Origin: Adineta vaga
Taxonomy: Eukaryota; Animalia; Rotifera
Direction: 5' to 3'
Length of the DNA: 64,000 nt
Assembly: GCA_021613535.1 (NCBI GenBank)
Contig: CP075492.1
Span: forward strand, 19,034,001 to 19,098,000
The position numbers and the translations under genes were made by a program. Below are positions 63,090-64,000 of the stretch, in pieces. Below the pieces are notes generated by a model that saw nothing but the letters and a program-made list of their open reading frames with translations, searched no databases and was not told the DNA's origin. Within the stretch, counting starts at the first letter, position 1; every line of letters starts with the position of its first letter.

Positions 63090-64000
63090 TTTTGTTGACG
63101 AACACGTGTATCGAGCAATGAAAAATAACGACGGATCACGACACTATATAGAGTCATTTATCGAAGAGAAAATGAATGATAAAAAAAAAGTTATTCATGC
63201 GTATATGAGCGTGTATGTCCTTCATTTGTATATTTTTCCCTCTTCTCACTAATTACGAACATGCCCAAAGCGTCATTATATGCACCAACGACAACAGAAC
63301 GGTTGGTTCGATTCAATGGTGTGCACAGGACAGCATTTTTAGCAGGACACATGTGAATTTTTCGAGTTTTTTCTGAGTTGAAATATGGTACTGCACTTTT
63401 CGCCTATACTTCCTTCGATGTATTTAAGTCTCACAGATGTCACAGATATATTCTAAACCATAATTAAGCAGAATAATTCGAAAGAAAACGATGGAGGATC
63501 TATTAATAATACATTTACTTTGAAATGAAAACAACTATATAGTGTAACTCAAGAGTAAAATCATCATGTTGAATCAAGTTATAGTAGCATTGATAACTGA
63601 GAATTGACTAGATTTATCGTTATTTGTTATAGGAAATAAGTAATGCTCATATAATAGACTATATTTAGAAAATATAATCAGTCGCCATCCAAATAAAAGG
63701 TCATATTTCCGTATTGATCTAATCAATAAAATATTGTCTAATTGATAAAGACGTTGATTGTTTTTCTTCATTACTTCTACTAAGAGAAGGATTATTTGCA
63801 TAATGAGTTTCACTTCAAAGAGTTATCTCTTTACGTTCGACCTAGTACGTGGTTATGAAAAAATCATGACGAACACTATCTAATAAACGAAGAAAATTAA
63901 AGGATGCGGGTGAGAATCTAAAGCAGATAAGAGATAAACGAGTAATGTGTACGGTTCGCACATTTTGGACGATTTCATCTGTATTGAGGTCTAGAACATA

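Noticed and set aside
1-64000. tRNA, rRNA or reverse transcriptase (Athena/Penelope) genes that might explain the telomere-like tracts
   Set aside because: None recognisable by eye in this window; a tRNAscan/HMM search would be needed to exclude them formally.

Overview
AT-rich eukaryotic genomic DNA with many ~50-80 nt GT-AG introns. The gene families (intron-rich TRPM channel, bacterial-type papain proteases with introns, fungal-type CipC, Kelch/NHL/FG-GAP propeller surface proteins, F-box-LRR, LDLa-type receptor fragment) point to a bdelloid rotifer (inference). After a conserved TRPM gene (1-4882) the window becomes an accessory region rich in foreign-looking genes, pseudogenes and DNA-transposon relics (hAT, piggyBac, mariner, MULE, Tc1/IS630-like, possibly Helitron). 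Three things stand out. (1) About 16 short (45-90 bp) imperfect hairpins built from bdelloid telomere-like units, consensus TCTTGAGG(GTGTGG)n-variable spacer-(CCACAC)nCCTCAAGA, mostly lie between genes and sit exactly at two visible rearrangement breakpoints, giving a cassette-array-like layout. (2) Two genes each encode three tandem TM-Cys-rich ectodomain-TM units in one chain, a possible single-chain pseudo-trimeric channel-like protein, and one can be spliced in frame to an FG-GAP propeller. (3) Several type II membrane genes share an anchor-stalk layout with different terminal domains on phase-1 exons. All exon models were read by hand and lack transcript support.
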